Assembly: GCA_963555985.3 (NCBI GenBank)
Contig: OY820591.1
Location: 1,344,001 to 1,408,000 of the forward strand
DNA length: 64,000 nt
Direction: 5' to 3'
From: Dehalococcoidia bacterium
Lineage (GTDB): Bacteria > Chloroflexota > Dehalococcoidia > Bin125
Shown here: piece after piece, positions 1-9,724 of the stretch
Position numbering within the stretch: position 1 is the first letter of the stretch
How the letters are laid out: the number at the start of each line of letters is the position of its first letter
Notes under the pieces: model-generated
Told to the model about the DNA's origin: nothing
What the model saw: only the letters and a program-made list of their open reading frames with translations
Database searches by the model: none
Program-made: the position numbers and the translations under genes

Positions 1-5
1 TGCAG

Positions 6-848
6 TTGGTTCGTTTCGGCCTGAACTGGAATTCGGTTGAGACCGCTCCTGGTGAACTTCACGATGGCTGGCTCGATCGATACCAGCGCCTGTTCGACAT
101 GTTGGACGAACGCGGGTTGATGGCGATGCCGATTATCTACAACGGATCGCCCGCTTGGGCGAACGGTTGTATACCGCCCAATCCATTCGTTCCAGATTGG
201 TGGCGTGAGTGCTGGTCGGCTCCTGCACGTGATGAGAAACTGGTGCAATCGTGGGGCAGGTTTGCTGCTTCCCGGTTTCCTGAAATCCGCTACTGGCAGG
301 TCGGTAACGAGCCTAATCTGGACTTCTTCTGGTCGGGCATCGATCCGAAACTCTACGCTGACCACCTCAAGGCCATCGCGCTTGGCATCTGGTATGAGAA
401 TCCGGACGCGATCATCATCGCCGCTGGCATCTGCTGCAACGGCCTCGAATTCTTCACGCAGTTGTACGAGTTCGGCTTTGGGCTCTACCACGACGTCAAC
501 GCGATTCACTACCCGTATACCGAGCAGCCTTCGCAGTTCCTCGGCAAGTACCTGGCGGTCATGAGAGATTACGGTGACGCCGGGCGACCCATCTGGAGCT
601 CAGAGATGGGAGCGCCCTTCACGGACGACAGCAGACATCAGGCACTCTTGATCGAGGAGGAGCTTGCCTGGTTGACTAGCCGTGCCGAGGTGCGGGCGGC
701 GTTCGTCTATAACTTCTGGGATCATGGTCAGCGTGAACCTCCTCCGTACTCCGGTCTCGTGCTGCGCGAGTACGACGAGGGCTTCACGCCAAAGGCGTCG
801 TACTGGGCCGTCCGCGAGTTCCTGACCAGGCAGCCCAAACCGGACTGA
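6..848 (+). CDS. Clan GH-A glycoside hydrolase (GH5/GH39-like), probably 5'-truncated by the window edge
   Basis: WQVGNEPN acid/base motif and IWSSEMG nucleophile motif; VR..LNW N-terminal strand. Confidence 0.75.
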   Translation: MVRFGLNWNSVETAPGELHDGWLDRYQRLFDMLDERGLMAMPIIYNGSPAWANGCIPPNPFVPDWWRECWSAPARDEKLVQSWGRFAASRFPEIRYWQVGNEPNLDFFWSGIDPKLYADHLKAIALGIWYENPDAIIIAAGICCNGLEFFTQLYEFGFGLYHDVNAIHYPYTEQPSQFLGKYLAVMRDYGDAGRPIWSSEMGAPFTDDSRHQALLIEEELAWLTSRAEVRAAFVYNFWDHGQREPPPYSGLVLREYDEGFTPKASYWAVREFLTRQPKPD

Positions 849-854
849 GCAGAC

Positions 855-1478
855 CTACTCGTCGGCCGCCGACTGCTCTCTCGAAGATTGATCGGCAGGG
901 GTCGGCGGCCGCCCGAAGATATCTGCCAGGTCGCAGCGGAAGCCGGGTAGGACGTCTCCGCCGTCGAGTGTGTCGGGTTCCGCCACGGTTACTGTCTCGG
1001 TGTCCGATCGATAGATGTCTACCGACCGAGTGTCGGGCAGGACGACCCAGACCATGTCCACGCCGGCGTTGAGCCACATGAGGGCCTTGTCGTGGAGTTG
1101 GTTCACACGGTCACTTGGCGACTTCACTTCCACAACCAGACTGGGCGCCACTTCGAAGTAGCCGGTCACGCGTTCTGTGGGTGATAGCCGCTCTGTGAGA
1201 AACAGCGACACATCAGGGGCCCGAACCGTGTCCGGATCACGATCGACGATTACACCGCCGTCCGTGAAGACGCGACCTCTCTGTTCGTTAGCCGCCACTG
1301 CTCTGAGCAGGCTCACAAGCCTCCCTGCGATTTCGGAGTGTTCTCCACTTGGAGGAGGCATTTCGCACAACTCTCCTCGAATCAGTTCACTTCGAAGGTC
1401 GTCTTGAGACATCCGCAGCAACTCCTCAGCTGTGACGAGCTTCGGAGGAGCTGAACGAGGGGGTTGTGCAGTGACCAT
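855..1478 (-). CDS. Uma2 family (PD-(D/E)xK) endonuclease-like protein
   Basis: ELIRGEL..MPPP..EH, RAPDVS, LVVEVKSPSD motifs. Confidence 0.9.
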   Translation of the reverse strand: MVTAQPPRSAPPKLVTAEELLRMSQDDLRSELIRGELCEMPPPSGEHSEIAGRLVSLLRAVAANEQRGRVFTDGGVIVDRDPDTVRAPDVSLFLTERLSPTERVTGYFEVAPSLVVEVKSPSDRVNQLHDKALMWLNAGVDMVWVVLPDTRSVDIYRSDTETVTVAEPDTLDGGDVLPGFRCDLADIFGRPPTPADQSSREQSAADE

Positions 1479-1487
1479 GCGACCATC

Positions 1488-2690
1488 CTAGGCGTTTGCG
1501 AGGATGAGGGTGCCGGCCGAGGCGAACATCCCACCCGGACCGTGCGCCATGCTCACGTTCACGTTCGGTACCTGACGCTCGCCGCACTCCCCGCGCAACT
1601 GCCGCACCGACTCGATGATCGCGAACATGCCGTACATCCCGGTGTGGCAGTAGGAAAGTCCGCCGCCGTTGGTGTTCATGGGGAAGTCGCCGCCCGGGCC
1701 GGACTTGTAGATCACCTCGCCGTCGGGGCCGGTCTTGGTCTCGGCGAAGAACGGGCCGCCCTCGCCCTTGGGCACGAAGCCGAGGTCCTCAGCCGCCATC
1801 AGCGGCGTGAAGGTGAAGGCGTCGTAGAACATGCAGTGGTCGATGTCTTGCGGGCCCAGACCGGCGCTCTTGTAGGCGGCCTCACCCGCGATCCGGTAGC
1901 CGTCGGCCGTGGTCTGATCCCGCATCTGCGAGACCATCCAGTGCGCCGCCGCCTCGCCCGCGCCCAGCACGTAGACCGGATCTTTGGCGTAGTCGCGCGC
2001 GCGCTCTTCCGAGACCAGCACCAGCGCCCCGCCGCCGTCCGCCACCACGCAGCAGTCGAGCAGGTTGAACGGGTAGCAGATCATCCGCGAGTTGAGCACG
2101 TCCTGAGGCGTAATCGGTCCGCCGCCGCGCTCGGGCGCGCGCCGGTGAATGCCCATCATCGCCATCGGGTTCAGGTTGGCCCACGCGCGAGTCGCGGCGG
2201 CGATGTGCGCCAAGTGCTCTTTGGTCGTCCCGTACTGGTGGAAGTGGCGCAGCACCGGAATCGAGAACGTCGTCGGCGCGCCGCCGATCGCGAAGGGCGC
2301 CTCGTACTGGCCGCCCGGAGACGACGCTGACCCGCCGCGCGGGGCATCCACACCGGAGCGTCCGCTCTCACCATGCGTGACCAGCGCTACGTCGCAATAG
2401 CCGGCCATGATCGCAGCGACGGCGTGGCGAACGTGAATCATGAACGAGCAGCCGCCGACGGAAGTCCCGTCGATGTAGCGGGGCTGGATCCCCAGGTATT
2501 CGGCCACCTCGTTGGGGATCGCGCCGGCGCAGAGCAGGCCATCAACGTCTGCGAGCGAAATGCCGGCGTCGTCGAGCGCGTTCTTGGCCGCTTGCGCGTG
2601 CAGTGTCAGCCGCGACAGGTGAGGCATCCGGCCTAGGTCGTCGGTTTCGGCAGCGCCGACGATCGCGACCTTGTGTCGAATCTGATCCAT
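1488..2690 (-). CDS. SCP-x type thiolase-fold protein
   Basis: VAIVGAAET, LLDCCVVADGGGA, YDAFT, NTNGGGLS; adjacent DUF35 partner. Confidence 0.85.
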   Translation of the reverse strand: MDQIRHKVAIVGAAETDDLGRMPHLSRLTLHAQAAKNALDDAGISLADVDGLLCAGAIPNEVAEYLGIQPRYIDGTSVGGCSFMIHVRHAVAAIMAGYCDVALVTHGESGRSGVDAPRGGSASSPGGQYEAPFAIGGAPTTFSIPVLRHFHQYGTTKEHLAHIAAATRAWANLNPMAMMGIHRRAPERGGGPITPQDVLNSRMICYPFNLLDCCVVADGGGALVLVSEERARDYAKDPVYVLGAGEAAAHWMVSQMRDQTTADGYRIAGEAAYKSAGLGPQDIDHCMFYDAFTFTPLMAAEDLGFVPKGEGGPFFAETKTGPDGEVIYKSGPGGDFPMNTNGGGLSYCHTGMYGMFAIIESVRQLRGECGERQVPNVNVSMAHGPGGMFASAGTLILANA

Positions 2691-2729
2691 GAGGGAACTC
2701 CGTTTCGGGAAAAGGCTGGTTGGCGGCGC

Positions 2730-3146
2730 TTAGACAGGCTTGAACTTGGGCAGCGTGACTTCATCGGTCACGTCGTCAAAGACGATCTCCACGTCCATCT
2801 CGACCTCGGTCGCGTACGGATCGTCAATGATCAGGTTGGACATCATCCGAGGTCCCTCTGCCAGCTCAATCACCGCGATCACGTACGGCGGAGCGTTCTC
2901 CGGCGTGTTGTGCGGCGGAATCGGCTGATGCGAGATCACGAACGTGTGCACCTTGCCCTTGCCGGAAGCCTGGGTCCACTTGATGTCCCAGTTGAAGCAC
3001 GCGGGCGTCGGGCAGAAGGGTCGTGGATAGAAGTGGGGACCGCAATCATCGCAGGTGGGCAGCATGAGCTTGTGCTCTTTGAGACCGTCCCAGTAGGGCT
3101 GTGACTCAGGCGTCGGCACTGGCAGTCTGCCGGTGTAGTCGGCCAT
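2730..3146 (-). CDS. DUF35 Zn-ribbon/OB-fold protein
   Basis: CDDCG..FYPRPFCP..C, PYVIAVIELAEGPRMMSN. Confidence 0.9.
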   Translation of the reverse strand: MADYTGRLPVPTPESQPYWDGLKEHKLMLPTCDDCGPHFYPRPFCPTPACFNWDIKWTQASGKGKVHTFVISHQPIPPHNTPENAPPYVIAVIELAEGPRMMSNLIIDDPYATEVEMDVEIVFDDVTDEVTLPKFKPV

Positions 3147-3228
3147 TCTGTGCTCCTTTTCCGCCGCCTGATCTCAATCCAGCGCGGCGCTGATCGATGT
3201 CAACGGCGATGCTACACGACGCCTTCGC

Positions 3229-3840
3229 TCAATGCCCTGAGCGCCGCCGCGATTCTCGCTCGATCCAAGCGGTCTCCAGCTTCGATTTCGCCTCAGTCCA
3301 GAGCGATGCCGTCCCGCGCCGCTGACGCGCCGTCTCTGCCAGGATCACCGCCGCGGCTACAGAGACGTTGAGGCTCTGCGCGAATCCCCGCATCGGGATG
3401 ATCACCGCGCCGTCAGCCAGCGCCACCATCTCATCCGAGCAACCCGCGTGCTCATTCCCCAGAACGATTGCGGACGGCTCGCGCCAGTCGATGGTCAGGT
3501 AATCCTCCGCCTCGTCCGTCAAGCGCGTCGCGTAGACCTTGATTCCCTCGTCATGCAGCGCCTCCACGCAGGCTTCTGCGCTGTCGTAGCGCTCGAGCTG
3601 GAGCCATTTCTCGACTTGGGCGGCAACGCCGCGCGAGATCTCGGGAAACACCTGGTTCGTGTACACGAGCGCAACCCGGCCCACGCCGAAGGCGTCGCAG
3701 GAGCGCAGAATCGCCGATGCATTGTGCGGATCGTGGATGTTCTCCAACACCACCACAAGGTCATCGTGGCGTCGTTCAAGCACCTCATGCATTCGCTGCA
3801 AGCGACGAGCCGTGATTGGCCGTTGGTAAGAGTCGCTCAA
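3229..3840 (-). CDS. TrmH/SpoU family RNA methyltransferase (tRNA Gm18 type)
   Basis: LENIHDPHNASAILRSCDAFG, LGNEHAG, QSLNVSVAAA. Confidence 0.9.
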   Translation of the reverse strand: MSDSYQRPITARRLQRMHEVLERRHDDLVVVLENIHDPHNASAILRSCDAFGVGRVALVYTNQVFPEISRGVAAQVEKWLQLERYDSAEACVEALHDEGIKVYATRLTDEAEDYLTIDWREPSAIVLGNEHAGCSDEMVALADGAVIIPMRGFAQSLNVSVAAAVILAETARQRRGTASLWTEAKSKLETAWIERESRRRSGH

Positions 3841-3856
3841 GCGCTAGAACCTGCCG

Positions 3857-5647
3857 CTAGACCGCGCACTCACCCTCCCCTCGCTGGAGGATGTAGATGT
3901 CGTCGCGATCCCAGTCGATGAACATCGGCAGAGTGTCGGCCGAGAATTCCGGCGGCAGCATCAAGTCGCCGACTACTTCCTGAATCGGCGACATGCCCAC
4001 GCGATCGATCCAGGCGCTGAACAGCTCTTCGTCCCCATCGCGGTCGGAGTGGTAGAGGTCGATCACACGCTCGACGGCATCGGGCACGCGCTTAGCCGGA
4101 ATCCGCACGCGCGGCACGAGCTTGCCCAAGCGCATCTCTGTCGTCCGGTACGTACCCCCGACGAACATGTGATACGCCGGAATCTGTCGCGCGCCGACCT
4201 TGATCGCCGCGCCGTGGAAACCGATGTCGGCGATGTGGTGTTGTCCGCACGAGTTCGGGCAGCCGCTCATGTGGATCCGCATCTTGCGCGTCAGCGGATC
4301 GTCAATCGCCATCGCGCGGACGCGCTCCTGCACTGCGCGGTTGAGTCCCATCGACGAGGTGATGCCGAGCTTGCAGCTGTCGGTGCCGGGGCAGGAAACG
4401 ACGTCCTCGATCTCTTGGGCGTCCGCTGCGCCCATGCCGAGCGCATCCAACTCTCGCCAGACGGCGTAGACGCACTCGTTCGGAATCCAGCGCAGCACGA
4501 CATTCTGCTGCGGCGTGGTGCGCGCCCGCTCACGGCCGTACTTGCGCAGGATGTCGGCGAGACCGCGGAACTGCTCCGGAGTGAGGTCGCCCTGGTCGAT
4601 CGAAGCCTCAACGGCTGAGTAACCCTCCTGGACCTGGGGCCGCACATTAGCGGCGAGGAAGCGCTCGAATGCTGCCCGGTCGCCGTTTGGACTCGGAGGC
4701 GCGACTGGCATCGGGCGCTCGTCCGCTTCCTCGTCATCGAGGTAAAGCAGCTCCTCAAGCGGCGGCGATTCCTGCGCCCAGCCCTTCTTCAGTTCCTCTT
4801 CCACCATCGCCCGGAATTCTTCCTCACCCACACGGTGGACAAGGAACTTCAGCCGTGCCTTGAGGATGTTCTTGCGCAGCTCGTCAGCCGCGTTGAAGGT
4901 CCGGATCACAGCCTCGGAAACGCGCAGAAACTCGCTCATCGGCACGAAATCGGCCAACAGCAGTGCCTCCTTGGCCGCCGTCGAGAGACCGCCGCCGACC
5001 ATCACGCGGAAGCCGCGCACCTCTTCGCCGTCGATCTCACGCACCTGCGCGAAAAAGGCGAGGTCGTGAATCGCGGCGATCGCGGAATCCTCTTCGCGCC
5101 CGGTGAAATACACCTTGAACTTGCGCGGCAGCAACTGCGTAATCGCATTCCGCACCCAATAGCGCACGAACGCCCCCGCATACGGGGTCGGATCGAAGAC
5201 CTCGTTCTCCGAAATCCCCGCCCAGGGATCGGCCGTCACGTTGCGCACGGTGTTCCCGCACGCTTCGCGCGACGAGAGGCCAGCCTTGCCCAGCACGCGC
5301 AGCATGTCCGGCATCTGGTCGAGCGGGACGAAGTGCACCTGAATGTTCTGGCGTGTGGTGATGTGGCCTTTGCGCAGGGGCGCGAAGGTCTCGGTGATCT
5401 CGGCGAAACAGTCGAGCTGATCCGAGGTCACGCCGCCCATCGGCAGCTTGATCCGGTTCATATGCACGTCCGCTTGGCGCTGGCCGTACACACCCTGGCG
5501 CAGCCGGTAGAGCATGAACTCGGTCTCGTCGCGCCGCTCTGCGCGAAACGCCGTCGCTTCCGTTTCGAAATCGTCGAGTTCGCCGTCCCAGATCGGAATG
5601 ACGACTCCAGGGTCATCCCGCCGAGTGGCCGACAGAGGTTCAGTCAT
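3857..5647 (-). CDS. Nitrite/sulfite reductase (siroheme, 4Fe-4S)
   Basis: HITTRQNIQ, LPRKFK, CPGTDSC and SGCPNSCGQH cluster ligands. Confidence 0.9.
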   Translation of the reverse strand: MTEPLSATRRDDPGVVIPIWDGELDDFETEATAFRAERRDETEFMLYRLRQGVYGQRQADVHMNRIKLPMGGVTSDQLDCFAEITETFAPLRKGHITTRQNIQVHFVPLDQMPDMLRVLGKAGLSSREACGNTVRNVTADPWAGISENEVFDPTPYAGAFVRYWVRNAITQLLPRKFKVYFTGREEDSAIAAIHDLAFFAQVREIDGEEVRGFRVMVGGGLSTAAKEALLLADFVPMSEFLRVSEAVIRTFNAADELRKNILKARLKFLVHRVGEEEFRAMVEEELKKGWAQESPPLEELLYLDDEEADERPMPVAPPSPNGDRAAFERFLAANVRPQVQEGYSAVEASIDQGDLTPEQFRGLADILRKYGRERARTTPQQNVVLRWIPNECVYAVWRELDALGMGAADAQEIEDVVSCPGTDSCKLGITSSMGLNRAVQERVRAMAIDDPLTRKMRIHMSGCPNSCGQHHIADIGFHGAAIKVGARQIPAYHMFVGGTYRTTEMRLGKLVPRVRIPAKRVPDAVERVIDLYHSDRDGDEELFSAWIDRVGMSPIQEVVGDLMLPPEFSADTLPMFIDWDRDDIYILQRGEGECAV

Positions 5648-5667
5648 AATCCAGCTCCCGCCTCAAA

Positions 5668-5686
5668 TCTGACCTATACAGTCAGA
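5668..5686. promoter_or_regulatory. Operator-like inverted repeat upstream of the nitrite/sulfite reductase gene
   Basis: TCTGAC-ctataca-GTCAGA, 20 bp upstream of the ATG. Confidence 0.4.
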
Positions 5687-5748
5687 ATGGTACAGAATCC
5701 CCTCACTACCGGCTGAAACGTGCGCGAGAGCAGGGGAGACCTCTCTCC

Positions 5749-7014
5749 TCAATGTCCAAGCTCAAGTGACGGGTCAATCCGCACCGCGCGCTGCTGTTGG
5801 GCCGCTGCCCGTTCGGATCCAGCCCGCGCGCGAACGGTCGCCAACGGTTCGGGCGCACGCAAGCGTTCGCTGTTCCGCATGACAAGCTCCAGCAACGGTC
5901 GCGCATCTTGGGGACGCGGCGAACCGAAGCGCGTGATGATGTCCTCAGTCTCCGCTCGCCACACTTGCTTGCGGGAGCCGAAGCTCGGTTTGCCGGGCGA
6001 GTGTTTGGCCACTGCGCGACCCTCGTACTCGACCAACTTGTAAGCGGCGTCCAGCGCGCCCACGCTCCCACCCGTCACGACCGCTGTCCCACAGGCGAAC
6101 GCATCGATTGGCGCTCCGCTAGCCACAAGCGACGCAATCCGATCCTCGTCTAGACCGCCGCTCGCGACGATGCGCACGTGGGTCAGGCCGGCGTCATCCA
6201 GCCGTCGCCGCGCGCCGAACGCCGCCGCCGTCAGGTCCCCGGAATCGATGCGGATTGCTCCAACGGATTTCGGTCCGAGTTCTCGCGCTACGGCGACGAC
6301 GCGTTCAACCCCGCCCGCCGTGTCGTAGGTATCGACCAGCAGCGTCGTCCCCGCGTAGCGTTGCGAGAAGCGCCGAAAAGCGTCCAGTTCGTCCGTGTGA
6401 ATCAGCACGTAGCTGTGCGCCATCGTGCCGATCACCGGCAGCCCGAAGCGGCGTCCCGCCTCAACCGACGATGTGGCCTCAAATCCGGCGATGTAGGCCG
6501 CTCGCGCCGCTTGCAGAGCGGCGTCCTCACCGTGCGCGCGACGCCCCCCGAATTCGAAGAGCGGCCGCCCAGCCGCAGCATCAACCACACGCGCCGCTTT
6601 GCTGGCGACAAGTGTGGCGAAGGCAACCTGATTCATTAGCGCCGTTTCGACGATCTGGCCTGCGGGCAGCGGAGCGACGATCTGAAGCACCGGTTCCGGC
6701 GGATAGACGACCGTCCCTTCAGCGACTGCCCAGGCCTCGCCCCTGAACCGAAACTCCGCCAGCCGCTCGAGAAACTCCGCGTCGAACTGCGGCAACGTTT
6801 CGAGATACGCCAAGTCGTCGGAGGAGAACTCCATCGCCTCGAGAAAATCGAGCGCCCGCTCCAGGCCGGCGACCAGCAGATAGTCCCAACCCGCCGGTAG
6901 TTCGCGCAGCGCGAGCTCAAACACGGCCTGGCCCGTCTGACCCTGCTCGTAGTAGACCTGCGCCATCGTCAGCTCGTACAGGTCGGTGAACAATGCTGAC
7001 AGTGGACTGGTCAC
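5749..7014 (-). CDS. pncB: Nicotinate phosphoribosyltransferase
   Basis: LFTDLYELTMAQ, EFGGRRAHG, GTMAHS, LVDTYD, IRIDSGDL. Confidence 0.93.
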   Translation of the reverse strand: MTSPLSALFTDLYELTMAQVYYEQGQTGQAVFELALRELPAGWDYLLVAGLERALDFLEAMEFSSDDLAYLETLPQFDAEFLERLAEFRFRGEAWAVAEGTVVYPPEPVLQIVAPLPAGQIVETALMNQVAFATLVASKAARVVDAAAGRPLFEFGGRRAHGEDAALQAARAAYIAGFEATSSVEAGRRFGLPVIGTMAHSYVLIHTDELDAFRRFSQRYAGTTLLVDTYDTAGGVERVVAVARELGPKSVGAIRIDSGDLTAAAFGARRRLDDAGLTHVRIVASGGLDEDRIASLVASGAPIDAFACGTAVVTGGSVGALDAAYKLVEYEGRAVAKHSPGKPSFGSRKQVWRAETEDIITRFGSPRPQDARPLLELVMRNSERLRAPEPLATVRARAGSERAAAQQQRAVRIDPSLELGH

Positions 7015-7022
7015 ACCGGGCC

Positions 7023-7640
7023 TCAGCGCGCGCGCTCAATCACCGCGCCGAGCGACGCAAGCCGCGCGAGCGCCCGCTCCCCGTCGCCAGGCTCCAACTC
7101 AACGGCCGCTACGGCCGCCGTCGGTACCACCACCTCCAAGCCAAGCCCGATCGCGTCGGCAGCCGTCTCGACCACGCAGTAGTCCGTCGCCAACCCGATC
7201 ACGACGACTCGCTCGATGCCCCGATCAGCCAGCAGCCCGGCTAGCTCCGTGCGACGTTGCTCCCCGCTCTTGGGATCGCGCGTGGTGAACCCGGAGTACC
7301 CATCAGCGCCGTCGACGCCCTTGCGAATCACGGGTCCATCGGCTCGAACCAAGTCCGCGTGAAGCTCCCCGCCCCAGCTCCCGCCCACGCAGTGCACCGG
7401 CCAGAGGCCGCCCTCCGTCACGAAGTGAGGCGTCCGCTCAGGGTGCCAATCCTGCGTGTAGACCACGAGCGAACCGGACTCGCGGGCCGCGCCGATCTCC
7501 CGGTTCGCCGCCTCGATCACGCCCTCCGCCCCGCCCACATAGAGCGAGCCGTCCGGATCGGCGAAGTCGTTCTGAATGTCAACGACGATCAGCGCAGTCT
7601 GGGAGTCGTAGTCCGGCACACGGCGAAGATAGAGCAACAT
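7023..7640 (-). CDS. pncA: Nicotinamidase/pyrazinamidase
   Basis: VVDIQNDF, TQDWHP, WPVHCV, GLATDYCV; adjacent to pncB. Confidence 0.9.
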   Translation of the reverse strand: MLLYLRRVPDYDSQTALIVVDIQNDFADPDGSLYVGGAEGVIEAANREIGAARESGSLVVYTQDWHPERTPHFVTEGGLWPVHCVGGSWGGELHADLVRADGPVIRKGVDGADGYSGFTTRDPKSGEQRRTELAGLLADRGIERVVVIGLATDYCVVETAADAIGLGLEVVVPTAAVAAVELEPGDGERALARLASLGAVIERAR

Positions 7641-7670
7641 GATCGGGCGTTGGGCGATGGGGATAGGCGT

Positions 7671-7744
7671 TGGAGGCGACGACCGGATTCGAACCGGTGA
7701 TCAGGGTTTTGCAGACCCGTGCCTTACCACTTGGCTACGTCGCC
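7671..7744 (-). tRNA. tRNA-Cys(GCA)
   Basis: GGCGACGTAGCCAAGTGGTAAGGC..CTGCAAA..GGTTCGAATCC..CCA cloverleaf. Confidence 0.95.
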
Positions 7745-7787
7745 TGAAACAGAACCCGCCGCAGGCGGCGGGTGCGCTGGAGGAGGA

Positions 7788-7862
7788 TGGAGCGGAAGAC
7801 GGGATTTGAACCCGCGACCTTCTCCTTGGCAAGGAGACGCGCTACCGCTGCGCCACTTCCGC
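7788..7862 (-). tRNA. tRNA-Gly(GCC)
   Basis: GCGGAAGTGGCGCAGCGGTAGCGC..TTGCCAA..GGTTCAAATCC..CCA. Confidence 0.95.
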
Positions 7863-7893
7863 TCGTGGATCGCCCTCAGCGTAGGCCGGCTGG

Positions 7894-7981
7894 TGGTGCC
7901 GAGGAAGAGATTCGAACTCTTACGCTCGTAACGAGCACAGCGCCCTCAACGCTGCGTGTCTACCAATTCCACCACCTCGGC
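7894..7981 (-). tRNA. tRNA-Leu(GAG)
   Basis: GCCGAGGTGGTGGAATTGGTAGACAC, anticodon loop TTGAGGG, long variable arm, CCA. Confidence 0.95.
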
Positions 7982-7999
7982 ACGAGGCCCATATGCGGC

Positions 8000-8076
8000 T
8001 GGCAGGAGTGGAGGGACTCGAACCCCCGACCTACGGTTTTGGAGACCGTTGCTCTCCCAAACTGAGCTACACTCCT
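8000..8076 (-). tRNA. tRNA-Trp(CCA)
   Basis: AGGAGTGTAGCTCAG..CTCCAAA..GGTTCGAGTCC..GCCA. Confidence 0.95.
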
Positions 8077-8145
8077 CCCTCCCCAGAGCATAGCAGGATC
8101 GCCGAATCTCGCGGCAACGCGGCGATCGCTCGGAACAGTCCGCGC

Positions 8146-8859
8146 TCACCCCAGCGCAGCCCGGATCCGCTCGGGAAAGTCACCTGCAATTCCCGTCACG
8201 CCAAGCCCCGCCAGACGCGAAATCTCGCTTGGTTCGTTCACCGTCCAGGTGAACACAGCCAGACCGTGGGCGCGGCAGGCATCCACTTCCGCAGCCGTCA
8301 CCGCGCGATAGTGCATCGACAGACCGTCCAGCCGATACTCGGCGACCGCCTGCCAGATCTCCTTCGTCGGCGCGCCGCAGAGGTGCGCAATTCGCCGACC
8401 CACCGGCGCGCGCTCCGACAGCACTCGCACCGCGTTCGTGTCGAAGCTCCACAACCAGACCCATGGCAGCGCATCGCTCCGCGCTATCTCCGCCAGCACC
8501 GCATCGCAGAGCGCTTCAACGTCGTCCCCCGGACTGGTCTTGAGTTCAATCACCAGGAGCATCTGTCCGGCAATCATCTCCAACGTCTCGCGCAGTGTCG
8601 GGATCGATTCGCCGTCGCCTGCATCGATTTGACGCAGGTCTTCCAACGATGCCGCCGCAACCGGGCCGCTCGCATCCGTCGTGCGCTCCAGCATTTCGTC
8701 ATGGATCAAGACCGGAACGCCGTCCGCGCACAAGCGGACATCGATCTCCACGCCGTCGCAGCCCAGCTCCAGCGCACGCCGGACACCCAGCAGCGTGTTT
8801 TCCGGCGCATGACCCATCGTCGCCCGGTGCGCGATCACAAGCGGGTTATCGTGAGGCAT
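8146..8859 (-). CDS. Glycerophosphodiester phosphodiesterase family protein
   Basis: IAHR..GHAPENT, EIDVRL, IHD..LERTT, WTVNE; start placed at ATG 8859. Confidence 0.88.
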   Translation of the reverse strand: MPHDNPLVIAHRATMGHAPENTLLGVRRALELGCDGVEIDVRLCADGVPVLIHDEMLERTTDASGPVAAASLEDLRQIDAGDGESIPTLRETLEMIAGQMLLVIELKTSPGDDVEALCDAVLAEIARSDALPWVWLWSFDTNAVRVLSERAPVGRRIAHLCGAPTKEIWQAVAEYRLDGLSMHYRAVTAAEVDACRAHGLAVFTWTVNEPSEISRLAGLGVTGIAGDFPERIRAALG

Positions 8860-8905
8860 CGAATCGAATTTCCCCAACTTCGAGCCGACGGCGAAGAGGA
8901 TTGCC

Positions 8906-9724
8906 GTGCGCGAGCAGGATATCGCCCAGGCCTTCAACGCCAGCGGCGCCGCTTACGCCGAGACCGCGCCGGATCTCATCCAGATCGCCACGAGCGCCCT
9001 GATGGAGCGGCTCTCGCTCACGCCCGGTGATCTGTTCGTGGATCTCGGCTGCGGCCCCGGCTCGCTGATCGCGGCGGCCGAACCGCAGCTCAAGCGCGGC
9101 GGCGCGATCGGCATCGACCTCTCCCGCGTGCAGATCGAGTTGGCGCGAGAGCGCTTCCGCGATTCGCCCGTGCGCCCGCGCTTCTTGCAGCAAAGCGCCC
9201 TTGAGGCCTCGCTGCCCAGCCGCAGCGCTGCCGCGGTTGGGCTGGGATTCACCTTGCCCTACGCCGAATCACCCTTGCAACTCCTGCGCGAAGCAACCCG
9301 CCTCACTCGCGTCGGAGGCCGCGTCGCCGCGACCGTGATCGGCTCACCCTTCTTCGGCGCTCCCGGCACGCGCCTGCTCGGTGTCATGGAGCGCCGCAGC
9401 GTCGCCCCGCCCGACGTCGAGCTGCAATTCGACCCGCGCAACTTCGTCCAGCTCGCCCTCCGCAGCGAAGTCGAAGACGCGCGCCTCGACGAGGTCGTAA
9501 TCGAGGAGATCGAACGCGAGCTCTGGTGGGACGACTTCGACGCCTGGTGGCGGATGCTCGGTGCTTGGGCCTTTTTGCCTCGGGGACGCCCGATCATGCT
9601 CCGTGCCATCCGCGACGAGTTGCGCGAGGACGACCGTGTAGTCGATCCCGATGGCGTCGTGCGCTGTCGAATCAAGCTCTGGCTGCTCTCGGCCACAGTC
9701 GGTGAGGGAGACCCATGGGTGTAA
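8906..9724 (+). CDS. Class I SAM-dependent methyltransferase
   Basis: VDLGCGPG motif I, GIDLS motif II. Confidence 0.8.
   Translation: MREQDIAQAFNASGAAYAETAPDLIQIATSALMERLSLTPGDLFVDLGCGPGSLIAAAEPQLKRGGAIGIDLSRVQIELARERFRDSPVRPRFLQQSALEASLPSRSAAAVGLGFTLPYAESPLQLLREATRLTRVGGRVAATVIGSPFFGAPGTRLLGVMERRSVAPPDVELQFDPRNFVQLALRSEVEDARLDEVVIEEIERELWWDDFDAWWRMLGAWAFLPRGRPIMLRAIRDELREDDRVVDPDGVVRCRIKLWLLSATVGEGDPWV

Noticed and set aside
7671-8076. tRNA cluster (or tRNA-Arg at 15115) as a prophage/island attachment site
   Set aside because: I found no duplicated tRNA 3' end and no integrase in the window.
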